In this document: piece after piece, positions 19,379 through 29,998 of the stretch
Layout of the letters: each line of letters opens with the position of its first letter
How positions within the stretch are numbered: the stretch's first letter is position 1
DNA from: a virus
Taxonomy: Duplodnaviria > Caudoviricetes
Strand: one strand, 5' to 3'
IMG/VR virus record: IMGVR_UViG_3300007510_000006
Span: 1 to 59,372 of that record
DNA length: 59,372 nucleotides
Position numbers and translations under genes: made by a program
The notes under the pieces: generated by a model
The model's database searches: none
What the model was told of the DNA's origin: nothing
The model's input: the letters and a program-made list of their open reading frames with translations, nothing else

Positions 19379-22300
19379 TTAGAAGTATGTATCAGATCTT
19401 GAGGACTGACGATTGCCGTCATTTTCATAGATACCGCGCACATGCTCGGCTATGGTTCTTCCTACTGTCTCGGCTTCTGCTCCAACAGGTACTGTAACAT
19501 TAATTTCGACATTGCCTCCACCGGGAAGACCGCCTCCGCGTAGGGCGTAAGAAGGGATCTTAAATCCAGAGGGGGCGAATAATAACTCCGCGTTGAGTCT
19601 CTCGTTGGCCAGAGTACTTCTTTCCATGCTATCAAGAATGGCTGAACGTTGCTTCATCGCTTCCATCTCTAGCTTGCGGCGTTCCTCTGCTTCTTTCCTC
19701 TCTTCCTCTCTTCGGCGTCTTGCTTCCTCTCTATCTCGCTTGGTTCCTCCGATTATTCCTAATATGGATCCAAAGATCCCAAATCCTATACCGGCCATTG
19801 GGCCAATGTTGGCAAAAGAACTGAGACTAGAAGCTAGGCCGATACCTGTTCCGCCTCCCGCCAGCATTCCTTGAAGCGCGTATCTGTTTTGCTTTTGAGC
19901 GCCAGAACCGAGGAGGGTTATGATTGACAGAACAGAGGTGAACCTCTGCATTACCTTTTGGGTGTCAAGGCGCGACTGCTTGGACTCGCTAGTAAGAGCG
20001 CCGACATTTGTAGTAAGCTCCGGATCGGTGATACCAAGCGCACTCTTTTGTCCTGCAATCACAACATACATTGGTTGGACTGAAGTACCCATAGACCTGA
20101 ATTGCGTGATGGCTTGTCCTGTCTGTGTAGCATTTACAGAAAGCATATCAGCCGCATCAAGAATTGTGCTGGCCGATGTTTTTCCGTATTTTGAAGATTC
20201 AGCGAAACTGTTGACAGCAGGGACGAGTGTAGAGGAGATCATGTTGGCAGCAGTTTGGAGTTCGGTTCCTGCCCCGGCAGCGCCTGTTATAGCGGACTCT
20301 AAGGCAGCGGAACCTGTGGTTGCTGGTCCTAAGGTGTCTCCTAATTGTTTGGAAAGATCATCAACTTGTAGTTTCCCACCAACTGCTAGCTGTCGTAAGT
20401 TATCCCAGAATAGATTAACGTACTCTTGGAAGGCTACCACTAAGTCTTTTTTATTTGATCCGAGTGTCTTGGTTACATACGATCTAAATTCATTAAGGCG
20501 CATTTCCTCGGGAGAAAGAGCGTTAGATATTGACTCACTAATTTTGTTCAAGAAAGTTTCATCTATGCTAGCAATTATATTAGCGTGAATTGCATCACCA
20601 CTCATAAGTCTCTTTAATACGTCATCTTCCGATAGAATGGATGTATCAAAAATCCCCTCTATGCCCTTTTTAAATGTTATGCTGGCTATATCATCCATCA
20701 GATCTCGCCATGTGTGGGCACTATCTAGGATCTTATCCATATCACCAACCGTATTTAATATTGCTCCGCGAACTTCGGTGTAAAGCTCTAAAGATTTTTC
20801 CAAATCTGAGATATACTTATCATAATTTGCAGATAGTTTTTCTACTCTTGTTTCGCTTTCCGCTTGGAGCGTGGCTATTAAATGCTCTTGGCGGGCTTGT
20901 TCGTTCAGCTTGTCCACAATAGCAGACTCCCAACCATGCCTCTGCCCAGCGGAGGTATTAGCCTTCCTTTGCTGCTCGTAGACTTTATCTAGTACGCTCC
21001 TCCGAAGCGAATACTTCTTCTCTATTATAGCTTCTTTGTCAACGAGCTTACTAGTGACGCTTAGAATAGCATCCAGAGGAGAGGTGGCTAAATCTCCAAT
21101 CCCTTGTATATAGGATGTCTGAAGATCTATAATACTGCGCATACGCTTTTTCTGCTGATCGAGTGCTTTGTTCTCAGCATCAACCAGTTCTTTGCTAATC
21201 CGTAAGAGTCTATTCCCTTCAAGCTTAGCTAGCTGGCCCTGCATCTCAAGTCCTAGCTTCTTGACTAGGCCGTCATTAATCCCCTGGATGATCTCCTGTT
21301 CAGCATCAAGAAGATTATTTTCTTCTAGTTTGTTTTTGATTCCAGCTATAATAGTCTGACGGTTAATATCATAAATTCTGTTAATGTCGTGAAGATTTTG
21401 AATAGATCCTTTCTCTCTTCTTGATATACCGGTCTGTAATCTGAATATCTCCAGTTGATTTTTAGTTTCTTCGGCAGTTTGCTTGGCTCTTAAATTACCA
21501 AGAGCTTGGGCTGCATACAATCTACGAGTGTCTATAGCTTCTATTTCTTTAGCGAGTCCAGCAGCCTTGTTATCAGCTTTGAATTTTAAATATTTAAGAG
21601 CAAGGATCCTCTTTTCCTCAAGGGTGATCTGCTCTTGTAAGAGAGCAATCTTGTTCAAGGCTTTCTTCTCTCGTTCAAGCTGCGTTCCACCTTGCTTACG
21701 CTCAATAGCTAGAAGACCTGCCTCTTCTGTAACGCTCTCTAACAGATTTTTATTGAAGGCTAAAGAAGGCTTCCAAGAATCTATGTCTTCTCCAAGTCCT
21801 TTGGCTTCGAGGCGGGCATCTACGAGTCTGTCATATAGAGAATTTCTCTCCCTCTCGGCAACCTTGAATGGGGAAGCTAAGAAGTCGAGTCCAATATTAG
21901 CTCGATCAACCTCATTAGTAAACTTCGTGAGGTTTGACGTGGCGCTTTTAATATAATCTGACCAACTCTTTGACTCTTTCCCTGTGTTCTTTAAGTTTGC
22001 CACGTAGTCTAAGAAGCCTTCATTGAGCTTTCCTAGCCCAGAAGTAATGGCGGGCAGTGCGTTAAAGTACTCGCTCTCTGTAACGATCAAGTTCAGCATT
22101 TCCTCATTAGCTTTAAACGCGGCCTCAGTTTTAGACTGGAAAGAATCAATAGTCTTTTCCGTATTCGTTGCTATAGTCTGAGATGATGATCTACTTTGAT
22201 TGGACATTAAGCTTTCTTGGGCGGCGGTCTCTCTTAATGCGGCATTTAACTTATATTGAAGAACAGGAAGTTTGGCAATCTCAGTAGCGTATAGAGTTGT

Positions 22301-25300
22301 CTGTTCCTCAAATTTCTTTGCTGATTCGGATGCCTTATCATATCCTTGGCCCAATAGAAGAGCTATCTGCTCTTGTGTTCTGAACTTGTTGTCAATCTCC
22401 TCCAAGCTAATCAGCATCTTATTGTAGGATTTATTTAGGTCGAGAATTCCATCTCTCGCTACCTTGGTTGTTCTGTGCTGATCCTGCATAGATTTGACAA
22501 CATCAGTCATACGATCCCAGAGTTTCGTTAAAGAAACTACTCTGGCTTTCGTTGTCTTGATTGAATCAAAATCAGTTTTTAATAGGTTAAGTTCGGTCGC
22601 AATCCTCTTACGTTTAACCTTTTCAAAAGCTTCTGCCGCTGATAAATGATTCTTCTGTGTCTCAATAACCTGCTTTAATACCTGCCCTCTGGAAATATTA
22701 ATGTCAATGTCTTTGGTTAAAGAAGTTGCGAGTTGCTCGTAAGAGTCACTCAGAAGCCTATTGGCTAACTCGTTATACCCTGTGCTTTTAAATAAGTCGT
22801 CAAGGTGGTCGGTTAGAGCGGCAACATTGATACTCTCATCAACAATAATATTTCCAGCTGGGCCTATTCGTATCGTAGACCTCAGAGACTCGTCAAATAT
22901 AGAAGCCAAAGAAGCGGCGGCCTCTTTTGCTTCGTTGCTTAATGACGGATCTTTTCGTATTGAAAGAAGTCGCTCGCGCAGAACATTAGTAATAAGTCCT
23001 TTTTGACCTATGCCTTCATTTATACCATCCCTTAGATATTTGGCCAGCTTCTTAACATCGGATTTTACCAGCGAGCCTGCGTCTCCAAGTTTACCAGCAA
23101 AGTCTTCAAGATTCGTTGCTGCTTGGCTCATTGCATCAGCAGCATCGTTGAATTCTTTTTGCGTATTTTGCGTGATTTGCGAAGTAAGCGCGGCATTCAT
23201 TACTTTTTCCAAGTCACTATACTGCTTATAAAGACTACCTCCCTTTAAGCCAATAGTATCTAACTTAAGGATAAGCTCTTCTATTGCTGGGGTTCCTTGT
23301 GCAAAAGAACCTAGTAAGTCGTCTATACCTTGAAAGCTTATCTCTGTTTGCTGGAGTTTAATGGCAGCTAATTGTACTTCATTTAATGCTCGATCTGCTT
23401 TCTGTGATTCGTCTTTTAAGTGCCTTAGGTATTTAGAGATCCCTGAAATAGCAAGTCCTACTGCGGTCGCCACCAGCACAATCGGACCGAGTGTGGCCAG
23501 AAGAGTCGAAGCTCCTCGGGCTGCTCCGGCCATTAGAGCGCTGAATCCTGTAAGAGCGGAATTAGTGCCAGCCATCTTACCAGTAATTGCAACCTGAACA
23601 GCGCTAAATTTCTTAGCTGTTTGTGTAAATAAATTACCGCCCTGCGAAGCGGCTAAGAAACTAGCGGCTAGTGTGTCGCTTGATTTTACCAGACTAAGCA
23701 TCTTCTTGGCCATTCCTCCGAACAGGAGAGTTGTGCCTAGAATGCCGACAGTCCAAGAATTGACCATTACTGCCGCAACTTCACCAGCCCTAATTAATGC
23801 AGGTATAAAGCTTTGAACAATTTCAATTCCTTGAGCCTTAAGCTCCTGAGTAACAATTGATAATCTACGGGAATAAGACGCCAATTCCTTCTGCTGTGCT
23901 TTATGTGCTGCACCTAAAGCCGTCATACTGATTTGTGAGGCTTCGATTACTTTGTCATAATCTTGCATTAAGGCCATGAAGATATTATATCTTCTTATCC
24001 CACCAAGAGTTACAGCAAGATTAAGCTTTGCTGCATCAGATAAGTGATCCCAATTGTCTGCTACTTGACCCAGTATTTCATCAAGAGGTCTTAGTGCATC
24101 CTTCCCCTCAAACAAGGCTATGTTTAGGCTATTAAGTAAGAAGACCGAATCCTTCTTAGGTAATCTAGCAAAGATTGTTTTTAAGGCGTTACCAATAAAC
24201 TTACCTGACTGTCGTGTCGATTCAGCGAGTGCGGTGACAGAGCCGAACAGGAAGTCCATATCGGAACCAAGCGCACGAACAACTGGACCGAGAAGGCGCA
24301 TAGCATTCGCTAAGTCTTCTGCGGTTACAGCGTAGTTGGCTTGGACTGCTTGGATCTTATCAAGAACTTCTCCAGCTTCTGAGGCAGATAGCTGGAAAAT
24401 ATTCATAGCTGCGGTAAGTAACTGCACACTGTTGTTCATCGTAAGATTTGTCGCGACAACACCTTTGGAGGCGATATTAATTAACTCAATAATCTCTGCA
24501 GTATTTTTACCTTGCTGTGCGAAGACACGCATGGTCTCAGCAATTTCTTTTATTTCAATACCATAGCGCTTTGCAACATCTAAAGCTTCTTGTCTCAAGG
24601 GTTCAACTTCAAATCCGAAGGGTTTAATCTTAGCAATTTGAATCATCTTATCTTGTAAATCAATTGCATCTCTAAAAGACCCAGTAATTGCTTGCATCGT
24701 AGAAAAGATAGCGGCGGTGGCAGATGACCATAGAATAACACGTTTCGCTACTACTGCTAAATTAGCTGCAGCGAATAGGGTTTGCTTGGCAACACCTCTG
24801 AATCCGTGTTCGGTCTTAGCAGAGAGATCGGCAACTGCCTTTGAGCTTTTCTCCATCGCTCTATTGTTTTGAACGACTTGCTCTGCCCAATGGAGTTGCA
24901 TAGCTTGCTGCTCAGATAATCCCTTCGCTGCTGCTTGCTGCTTAACTGTGTCTCTTATGTGCTTGTCATTAATATCACTAAAATTCTTTTTTGTCCGAAG
25001 ATTATTTTTTAATTCATCTCCGTAAGCCTTCTGTTTGGCGTTAATGTCCTTATAGAAAGATAACTCTTCATTAAGAGCTATGGAACGCTTATCATAATCT
25101 GAAACACCAGAGCGGACTAATTCAGTGAGAGTCTGCTCATCCTTAAGTGCTTTTTGTCTTGTTGATTTATCAGAGTCAGCAAGTTGCTGCATCTTAGTTC
25201 TCTGAGCGATTAATGCTCTTCGTATATCTCCTAGGGCTGCCATCGAACCCAATAGATCTTTTGTAGGAACATTCATAACTGCTGCTAGACTCTGGATTTC

Positions 25301-25723
25301 TGCGGCATAAGCTCTGACAGCGGCAGTGACTTCGCCCATCACACGTTTATTAGTCCCACCAAATTGACCAAGAGCCTGTGAAAGCTCTAATACCTTAGTA
25401 ATAGTGGTTTTAATAATGCTCGCATAGCGAATCATACCCTCGGAAGCCTTGTCGATACCGCCTACAAGATCCGAAGTCGCTAAATGTGCTTGCTTTTTGG
25501 CTTTCTTTCCTTGACGTTCGGATAGGTTAGAGGCTTCCTTCATCTGGCGTTGAAGCTGCTGGTCGTCCAGTACTGTACCAGAAGACACAGCATGTGCTAT
25601 CCGCACAGAGGCTTGTGCGGCGGCAGACTCTACTTGCTTAATAAAATCATTTAGGCCAGATACAGCCTTCGATCCGTCAAATACTGCACCAATAACAAAT
25701 TCTGATCCAACATTAGCAGGCAT
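19379..25723 (-). CDS. Tail tape measure protein, 2114 aa
   Basis: Very long helical Ala/Leu/Lys-rich ORF; TP901-type core (AMRVFAQQG-like, SGKFIGNALKTIFARL); hydrophobic Gly-rich segments; follows tail chaperones. Confidence 0.92.
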   Translation of the reverse strand: MPANVGSEFVIGAVFDGSKAVSGLNDFIKQVESAAAQASVRIAHAVSSGTVLDDQQLQRQMKEASNLSERQGKKAKKQAHLATSDLVGGIDKASEGMIRYASIIKTTITKVLELSQALGQFGGTNKRVMGEVTAAVRAYAAEIQSLAAVMNVPTKDLLGSMAALGDIRRALIAQRTKMQQLADSDKSTRQKALKDEQTLTELVRSGVSDYDKRSIALNEELSFYKDINAKQKAYGDELKNNLRTKKNFSDINDKHIRDTVKQQAAAKGLSEQQAMQLHWAEQVVQNNRAMEKSSKAVADLSAKTEHGFRGVAKQTLFAAANLAVVAKRVILWSSATAAIFSTMQAITGSFRDAIDLQDKMIQIAKIKPFGFEVEPLRQEALDVAKRYGIEIKEIAETMRVFAQQGKNTAEIIELINIASKGVVATNLTMNNSVQLLTAAMNIFQLSASEAGEVLDKIQAVQANYAVTAEDLANAMRLLGPVVRALGSDMDFLFGSVTALAESTRQSGKFIGNALKTIFARLPKKDSVFLLNSLNIALFEGKDALRPLDEILGQVADNWDHLSDAAKLNLAVTLGGIRRYNIFMALMQDYDKVIEASQISMTALGAAHKAQQKELASYSRRLSIVTQELKAQGIEIVQSFIPALIRAGEVAAVMVNSWTVGILGTTLLFGGMAKKMLSLVKSSDTLAASFLAASQGGNLFTQTAKKFSAVQVAITGKMAGTNSALTGFSALMAGAARGASTLLATLGPIVLVATAVGLAISGISKYLRHLKDESQKADRALNEVQLAAIKLQQTEISFQGIDDLLGSFAQGTPAIEELILKLDTIGLKGGSLYKQYSDLEKVMNAALTSQITQNTQKEFNDAADAMSQAATNLEDFAGKLGDAGSLVKSDVKKLAKYLRDGINEGIGQKGLITNVLRERLLSIRKDPSLSNEAKEAAASLASIFDESLRSTIRIGPAGNIIVDESINVAALTDHLDDLFKSTGYNELANRLLSDSYEQLATSLTKDIDINISRGQVLKQVIETQKNHLSAAEAFEKVKRKRIATELNLLKTDFDSIKTTKARVVSLTKLWDRMTDVVKSMQDQHRTTKVARDGILDLNKSYNKMLISLEEIDNKFRTQEQIALLLGQGYDKASESAKKFEEQTTLYATEIAKLPVLQYKLNAALRETAAQESLMSNQSRSSSQTIATNTEKTIDSFQSKTEAAFKANEEMLNLIVTESEYFNALPAITSGLGKLNEGFLDYVANLKNTGKESKSWSDYIKSATSNLTKFTNEVDRANIGLDFLASPFKVAERERNSLYDRLVDARLEAKGLGEDIDSWKPSLAFNKNLLESVTEEAGLLAIERKQGGTQLEREKKALNKIALLQEQITLEEKRILALKYLKFKADNKAAGLAKEIEAIDTRRLYAAQALGNLRAKQTAEETKNQLEIFRLQTGISRREKGSIQNLHDINRIYDINRQTIIAGIKNKLEENNLLDAEQEIIQGINDGLVKKLGLEMQGQLAKLEGNRLLRISKELVDAENKALDQQKKRMRSIIDLQTSYIQGIGDLATSPLDAILSVTSKLVDKEAIIEKKYSLRRSVLDKVYEQQRKANTSAGQRHGWESAIVDKLNEQARQEHLIATLQAESETRVEKLSANYDKYISDLEKSLELYTEVRGAILNTVGDMDKILDSAHTWRDLMDDIASITFKKGIEGIFDTSILSEDDVLKRLMSGDAIHANIIASIDETFLNKISESISNALSPEEMRLNEFRSYVTKTLGSNKKDLVVAFQEYVNLFWDNLRQLAVGGKLQVDDLSKQLGDTLGPATTGSAALESAITGAAGAGTELQTAANMISSTLVPAVNSFAESSKYGKTSASTILDAADMLSVNATQTGQAITQFRSMGTSVQPMYVVIAGQKSALGITDPELTTNVGALTSESKQSRLDTQKVMQRFTSVLSIITLLGSGAQKQNRYALQGMLAGGGTGIGLASSLSSFANIGPMAGIGFGIFGSILGIIGGTKRDREEARRRREEERKEAEERRKLEMEAMKQRSAILDSMERSTLANERLNAELLFAPSGFKIPSYALRGGGLPGGGNVEINVTVPVGAEAETVGRTIAEHVRGIYENDGNRQSSRSDTYF

Positions 25724-25735
25724 TATATACTCCTA

Positions 25736-26077
25736 TTATTCTTCATCCTCAGGATGGAATACTATAACATTTTGGTGATCAGAGGCTTTTTTAGATGGAC
25801 CATGAATAGATTCATATTTCCTTTGTCTACTAAATTCCTTTAACCATTCATCGAACTTTGTGTCATCTCGAATGGTTTCCTCATCCGGCTTGTCCTTCGG
25901 ATCCATTTCCTCTACCATTTCATACAAACTAATAAATTCTAGTAGTCTCAATTGTAGATCTGATAGTTCCAAAGTGCCGCTCACACCAGGGAAGAACGGA
26001 ATACCTAATTCTTTTGAGAATCGGTATCTTGCTCTGATATCATGTCTCCTGGCGATTGCCCGTACTCCAGAAAATCC
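25736..26077 (-). CDS. Tail assembly chaperone, frameshifted C-terminal part (gpGT-like)
   Basis: The frame of ORF 25736-25984 is open upstream to 26077, beginning at GGATTTT inside the chaperone gene, in the -1 frame. Confidence 0.65.
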   Translation of the reverse strand, partial: GFSGVRAIARRHDIRARYRFSKELGIPFFPGVSGTLELSDLQLRLLEFISLYEMVEEMDPKDKPDEETIRDDTKFDEWLKEFSRQRKYESIHGPSKKASDHQNVIVFHPEDEE

Positions 26078-26796
26078 TCAAGTCCTTCTCCCATCCAATA
26101 AGTACTGCAAGCACTAGTCAATCTTTGAACAAAATCAAGATCTCTCTCCTGATTAAGTTCGCCAACAGATGGGTAAATCGGAGTTTCTTTGCCATTATCA
26201 GATACTTCCTTTGCGCATCTTACGATTAAGAAACTCTGCTCTGCGTTATCTAAATACTGGTCAATGGAGTACTGTGTAATCTCAGAGTATTCCATCGCAA
26301 TCTGAAGCTGTTCGGCCTTCAGTTCGTTTATTCTTGCTGATAGCTTTCTCTTCTTTGCAAGGTTTTTGGCCTTGTTCTGCTCAGTAATAAGCTCCTCGAC
26401 TTCAGCAACTAACTCAGAAGTACGTGCTTCCTTCTCGTCTGTCCAAATACCGGCTAGCTTTGCCTCACCGATAAGTTGCTGTCTGGGAAGTAATCCGTCC
26501 TTCAATGCTTTGATATAGTAGGAATTCTTGTATCTGTCAGCATCATTCTTGTCCTGAAATGAGGGGCGATAAATTCTGATTATACGAGAATTGTTGTGCT
26601 TGCACTCTTTGATGTCACACATAGGCTTTGTTCTGCCTCCTTCGTAGCATTCTTGGCGTAACTTACACCTAATACCTGTATCATGTGTGCAAGGGAAATT
26701 ATCTTCTAAATGGTCTGAAGCGATTCTCGCAAGAAGCTCTTCCTCTTCTCTGCGCTCCTGCTCCAACTGTTCCTTTGTCTTTTCAGGATTTGACAT
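26005..26796 (-). CDS. Tail assembly chaperone (gpG-like)
   Basis: Between tail tube and tape measure; start moved to ATG 26796 (MSNPEK) after GGAGAAGG because the track start at 26838 lies inside a terminator hairpin. Confidence 0.7.
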   Translation of the reverse strand: MSNPEKTKEQLEQERREEEELLARIASDHLEDNFPCTHDTGIRCKLRQECYEGGRTKPMCDIKECKHNNSRIIRIYRPSFQDKNDADRYKNSYYIKALKDGLLPRQQLIGEAKLAGIWTDEKEARTSELVAEVEELITEQNKAKNLAKKRKLSARINELKAEQLQIAMEYSEITQYSIDQYLDNAEQSFLIVRCAKEVSDNGKETPIYPSVGELNQERDLDFVQRLTSACSTYWMGEGLEDFLEYGQSPGDMISEQDTDSQKN

Positions 26797-26812
26797 ATCC
26801 TTCTCCTTTTCC

Positions 26813-26864
26813 AAAGAAAAAAGGGGCCTACGCGCCAAGCACTAGCAAGACGAATAGACCCCTT
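26813..26864 (-). terminator. Intrinsic terminator after tail tube gene
   Basis: AAGGGGTCTA...TAGGCCCCTT stem (one G-U) with inner pairing, followed by TTTTCTTT. Confidence 0.75.
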
Positions 26865-26915
26865 CTGTTGTTCCTTGTATATTCCCTGAGGGGAAAACCT
26901 AATTAATTAGCTAGC

Positions 26916-28337
26916 TTATGCGTCTAGCGGATCTCTCTCTGCAATTATCTGATCACCAACCCAAGTAACGGCGTTGAATGTGAGAGTTAAGTCATCACTT
27001 AAACGACCCGGAACATCGATTGAGTGTCCGAAGCTGGTAACTTTACCACCAGTCATCGTGATATACTTGCAGCGGTTGTTCGCTACATGCTTCGCTGTGT
27101 CTGTGCTATTGAAAACATCAACACGAGCGGACAGGTTGGTAGCGCTCTGGAAGTCTGTGAGTTTCATTTCATGAACTTCATCACTATAGAATCCAGTGCC
27201 GTCTACGGTCATACCTGCAGCGATTGCGAATAGTTCCGCGTTAGAACCGATTGCGTTCAATGTCGCTGTAACCTCAGTTGACTCAACACCACGGAAGTAA
27301 GGCTCATGTTCACCAAGCTGCTCTAGCTGCTCTCTATTCCATGAAACATCAATCGAAATCGACTGGATTCTCTTGGAGTAGTAAGAAGAGCCTACTGTCG
27401 GGGCACTAGAACCAGCAGCGCCGGAACCACTATCCCAGAAGTAAAGCTTGGTATTACCTTTACGTAGACCAGCACGGCCTGTCGCGGTAGGTCCGGCGAA
27501 GTTTGTGCTGTCGCCCTCTAGACCTTCGTGTCTAGCAATGAGGCGGTATCTATTGGTCGCACTGAAGTCGATATTACCGAGATTACCTACTGTTGAGGCA
27601 ACCCAAGTACCATCGTAAGCCCAGTCTGCGTCTGTTTGAACCACACCATCGACTGTAAGGTAGAGACCTGTAACTTCTCCAGTAGTTGCACGCCATAGAT
27701 CACCAAGCTCGTTCCAGTAATCAAAGTCACTCTAAGTAGTGCTGTCACCTACACTAGGCGAAACAGCCAGAGCCATAGTACCATCACAGGCACCAGCTAT
27801 GGTTCCAGTTGGATCTGCTATATCATAATGAACAACCGGACGAAGAACACGGACATACTTATAATTGTTAATAAACTGCGTTTGCGCAGAGTTTTCTAGT
27901 GAAATCGACTCAGTAGCAAAGCCATCGACTGAATACGTTCCGCTGTAACTTGTTACTGTACAGTTGTTTAACCACACTGCACGATCATTAAGAGAATCGT
28001 CTGCCCCAGATTTGATATGGTTCAGAAGATCAACAGCGGCTTCCTCGAAGTGTGTATTAGTAACAGTCCAGTGTGTGCTATCATTATTAGCTGAATACTG
28101 CATGCGTTCGGAAAGAACTGCAAGAGTCTGCACTGAACCATAATCGTTAAGGTCAAGAGTAGACGAAACTGTGGGAGTGTCGTCAAGAACCTCAACAATA
28201 TTAGGATTACCCAGCTCCTCAATCTCTTCAGAGGCGAGGTCTGAGGAATAACCCCAACTAGTCACACGAGGAGTGATAAAATCGTCTATGACACAGGCAC
28301 TATGAGTGTGCTTAATTTGACGATGTTTTGTTGGCAA
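26916..28337 (-). CDS. Major tail tube protein (two tube-like domains, 473 codons) with an in-frame TAG at 27732-27734
   Basis: Track ORFs 27732-28337 and 26916-27644 share a frame with 29 sense codons between them. The halves carry parallel motifs RVTSWGYSSDLASEEIEELG and RIQSISIDVSWNREQLEQLG. TTG start with AGGAGG SD; terminator downstream. Confidence 0.75.
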
Positions 28338-28361
28338 AACACTTCCTCCTTATAATAAAGG

Positions 28362-28931
28362 TTATTTTTGTCTAGGAACTCTAAGAGTAGTCGAAACAAC
28401 TCCTAAATATCTTCCGGCAAGGCTTTCGTCAGACGGATCGACTGCCTTAGATGAAACCGCCTCATCTGTTGTACCATAAACTAGAGTGGGAACAGATGAA
28501 TTATCCTCTAATAACAGCGGCATGCCCATATTATAATTCTTTATTGGGATGTCTCTATTATCTAGTAAATTCCTAACAAAGCTGGTAATCTTATTTAACT
28601 CCAGTTTTGAAGATGCGTATATAGTCACTAATGGGCTATAAACCATCATCCCTTCGTCTCCTCCGAGTTGATACGGATCCTCGTTAGATCCCGGAAGCTC
28701 GATAGTAATAATAGGCAAAGGAATCTGCCTATTCGGATCTTGTAATTGTTTACGTGTTACAATTACTTCTTCGTTGTGTACAAATGATATACGAATATTA
28801 GTGATACGAGTTGAATCGTTCGAAAAGACATAGAATCCATATAGCTTAAACTGTTCCGCTATATAAAATTTCAATGTCAATTCGCATAAAGAATCTAAAT
28901 CTAGATATGCGGACGATCCATCATAACTCAT
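28362..28931 (-). CDS. Tail terminator/completion protein
   Basis: LPIITIE...PYQLGG...VTIYA pattern; immediately before tail tube. Confidence 0.6.
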   Translation of the reverse strand: MSYDGSSAYLDLDSLCELTLKFYIAEQFKLYGFYVFSNDSTRITNIRISFVHNEEVIVTRKQLQDPNRQIPLPIITIELPGSNEDPYQLGGDEGMMVYSPLVTIYASSKLELNKITSFVRNLLDNRDIPIKNYNMGMPLLLEDNSSVPTLVYGTTDEAVSSKAVDPSDESLAGRYLGVVSTTLRVPRQK

Positions 28932-28933
28932 TT

Positions 28934-29707
28934 TTAAACCGGCCCTGGGCGAGTAGTTTTACCGTGAATACTTTTGTTGATAGCATGTAATCCTCGGAAG
29001 GCTGCCTTCTGAAATCCACGGAGATCTTCCTGATAAACTTGGTGTGCTGACCTTAAGAAGAATCTCTTTGCTTTAAAGGGAGGATGCTTCCGTACCTTCT
29101 TGGCAAATACTGTCCCGCCAGCTTTTGAACTATAGAAAACTAAAAAAGGTTTGTTTATCGAAAGGGTTTTCCCTTTAGCGTTTACAATCTGCCCAACTGG
29201 GTTAATTTCATATCCTCCAGAATCTAATCCGAATTCAATTATCCTCCAGATAGAATGACCGTCTCTAGTGTTATATTGTCTGTTTGCTTCGGTAACTTCG
29301 CCGAGAGATGCTTTTAGAAAGGCCAGTCTCTCCTCTCTTGTCGCATAATCAAGCGCATTGATATTGCCAACACCCATTTTGAAAACACCTGTTCGACTTC
29401 CCCATAATCCGAAAAGCTTTTTCTGTTCGTAAGATAATTGATTTTTTATCGCATCTCTTACGACACCCTTGGGGGCAGGAGTCGGCTGATATTTGTTTGC
29501 TGGATTTATAAACATTCTATTGTTTTTGAATGGCCTTGAATTCATGCGACGAAGCACATTCTTGTGTATTTTTTCCATCGACGGGACTAGATAATCTCTG
29601 ACTAGCATTCCGTCTTTTCTACGCAAGGCGCTCATATGCCTGGAAATAGTTCCTCCCGGCCTACCTGTTATGCTGGAATGATTTATTTTCAGTCTTATGA
29701 GCGACAT
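28934..29707 (-). CDS. Neck/tail completion protein (HK97 gp10-like)
   Basis: Basic; WRIIEFG, FAKKVRKHPPFKAKRFF; start refined to MSLIRL, just after the upstream stop. Confidence 0.55.
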   Translation of the reverse strand: MSLIRLKINHSSITGRPGGTISRHMSALRRKDGMLVRDYLVPSMEKIHKNVLRRMNSRPFKNNRMFINPANKYQPTPAPKGVVRDAIKNQLSYEQKKLFGLWGSRTGVFKMGVGNINALDYATREERLAFLKASLGEVTEANRQYNTRDGHSIWRIIEFGLDSGGYEINPVGQIVNAKGKTLSINKPFLVFYSSKAGGTVFAKKVRKHPPFKAKRFFLRSAHQVYQEDLRGFQKAAFRGLHAINKSIHGKTTRPGPV

Positions 29708-29708
29708 A

Positions 29709-29990
29709 TTATTTTCCTGCGTTTTTAACGTATACCATAGCAATTCTGCGGAATTGATTTACGCTATCTAAAACAGATCCACGAACAACTTTCTTTGTCT
29801 TTGGATCTAATTTATCGTAGTTAGTGTGCTCCTCGATGGATTCCATGATTCTGCGAATAGCTCGCTGACATTCATGGGTAATTCCTTCGTCTGGGCCTCC
29901 GTGAAAGATAACTTTTGTGTGAAAATCTTCTTCCTTCTTCTGCCCAGTTCTGTCAATAATGACTCTGACGGGCTGATCCTTGTTATCCAT
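29709..29990 (-). CDS. Hypothetical protein
   Basis: 93-aa ORF tightly packed in the neck module. Confidence 0.5.
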   Translation of the reverse strand: MDNKDQPVRVIIDRTGQKKEEDFHTKVIFHGGPDEGITHECQRAIRRIMESIEEHTNYDKLDPKTKKVVRGSVLDSVNQFRRIAMVYVKNAGK

Positions 29991-29998
29991 AATTTCCC

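Noticed and set aside
19593-24566. Many plus-strand ORFs (up to 222 aa), here and elsewhere
   Set aside because: Antisense shadows of long minus-strand genes; Ser/Leu/Phe-rich translations with no recognisable motifs
26797-26915. tRNA (including an amber suppressor) or other structured RNA gene in intergenic gaps
   Set aside because: No cloverleaf or T-loop motif seen here or in other gaps; the hairpin plus U-tract fits a terminator
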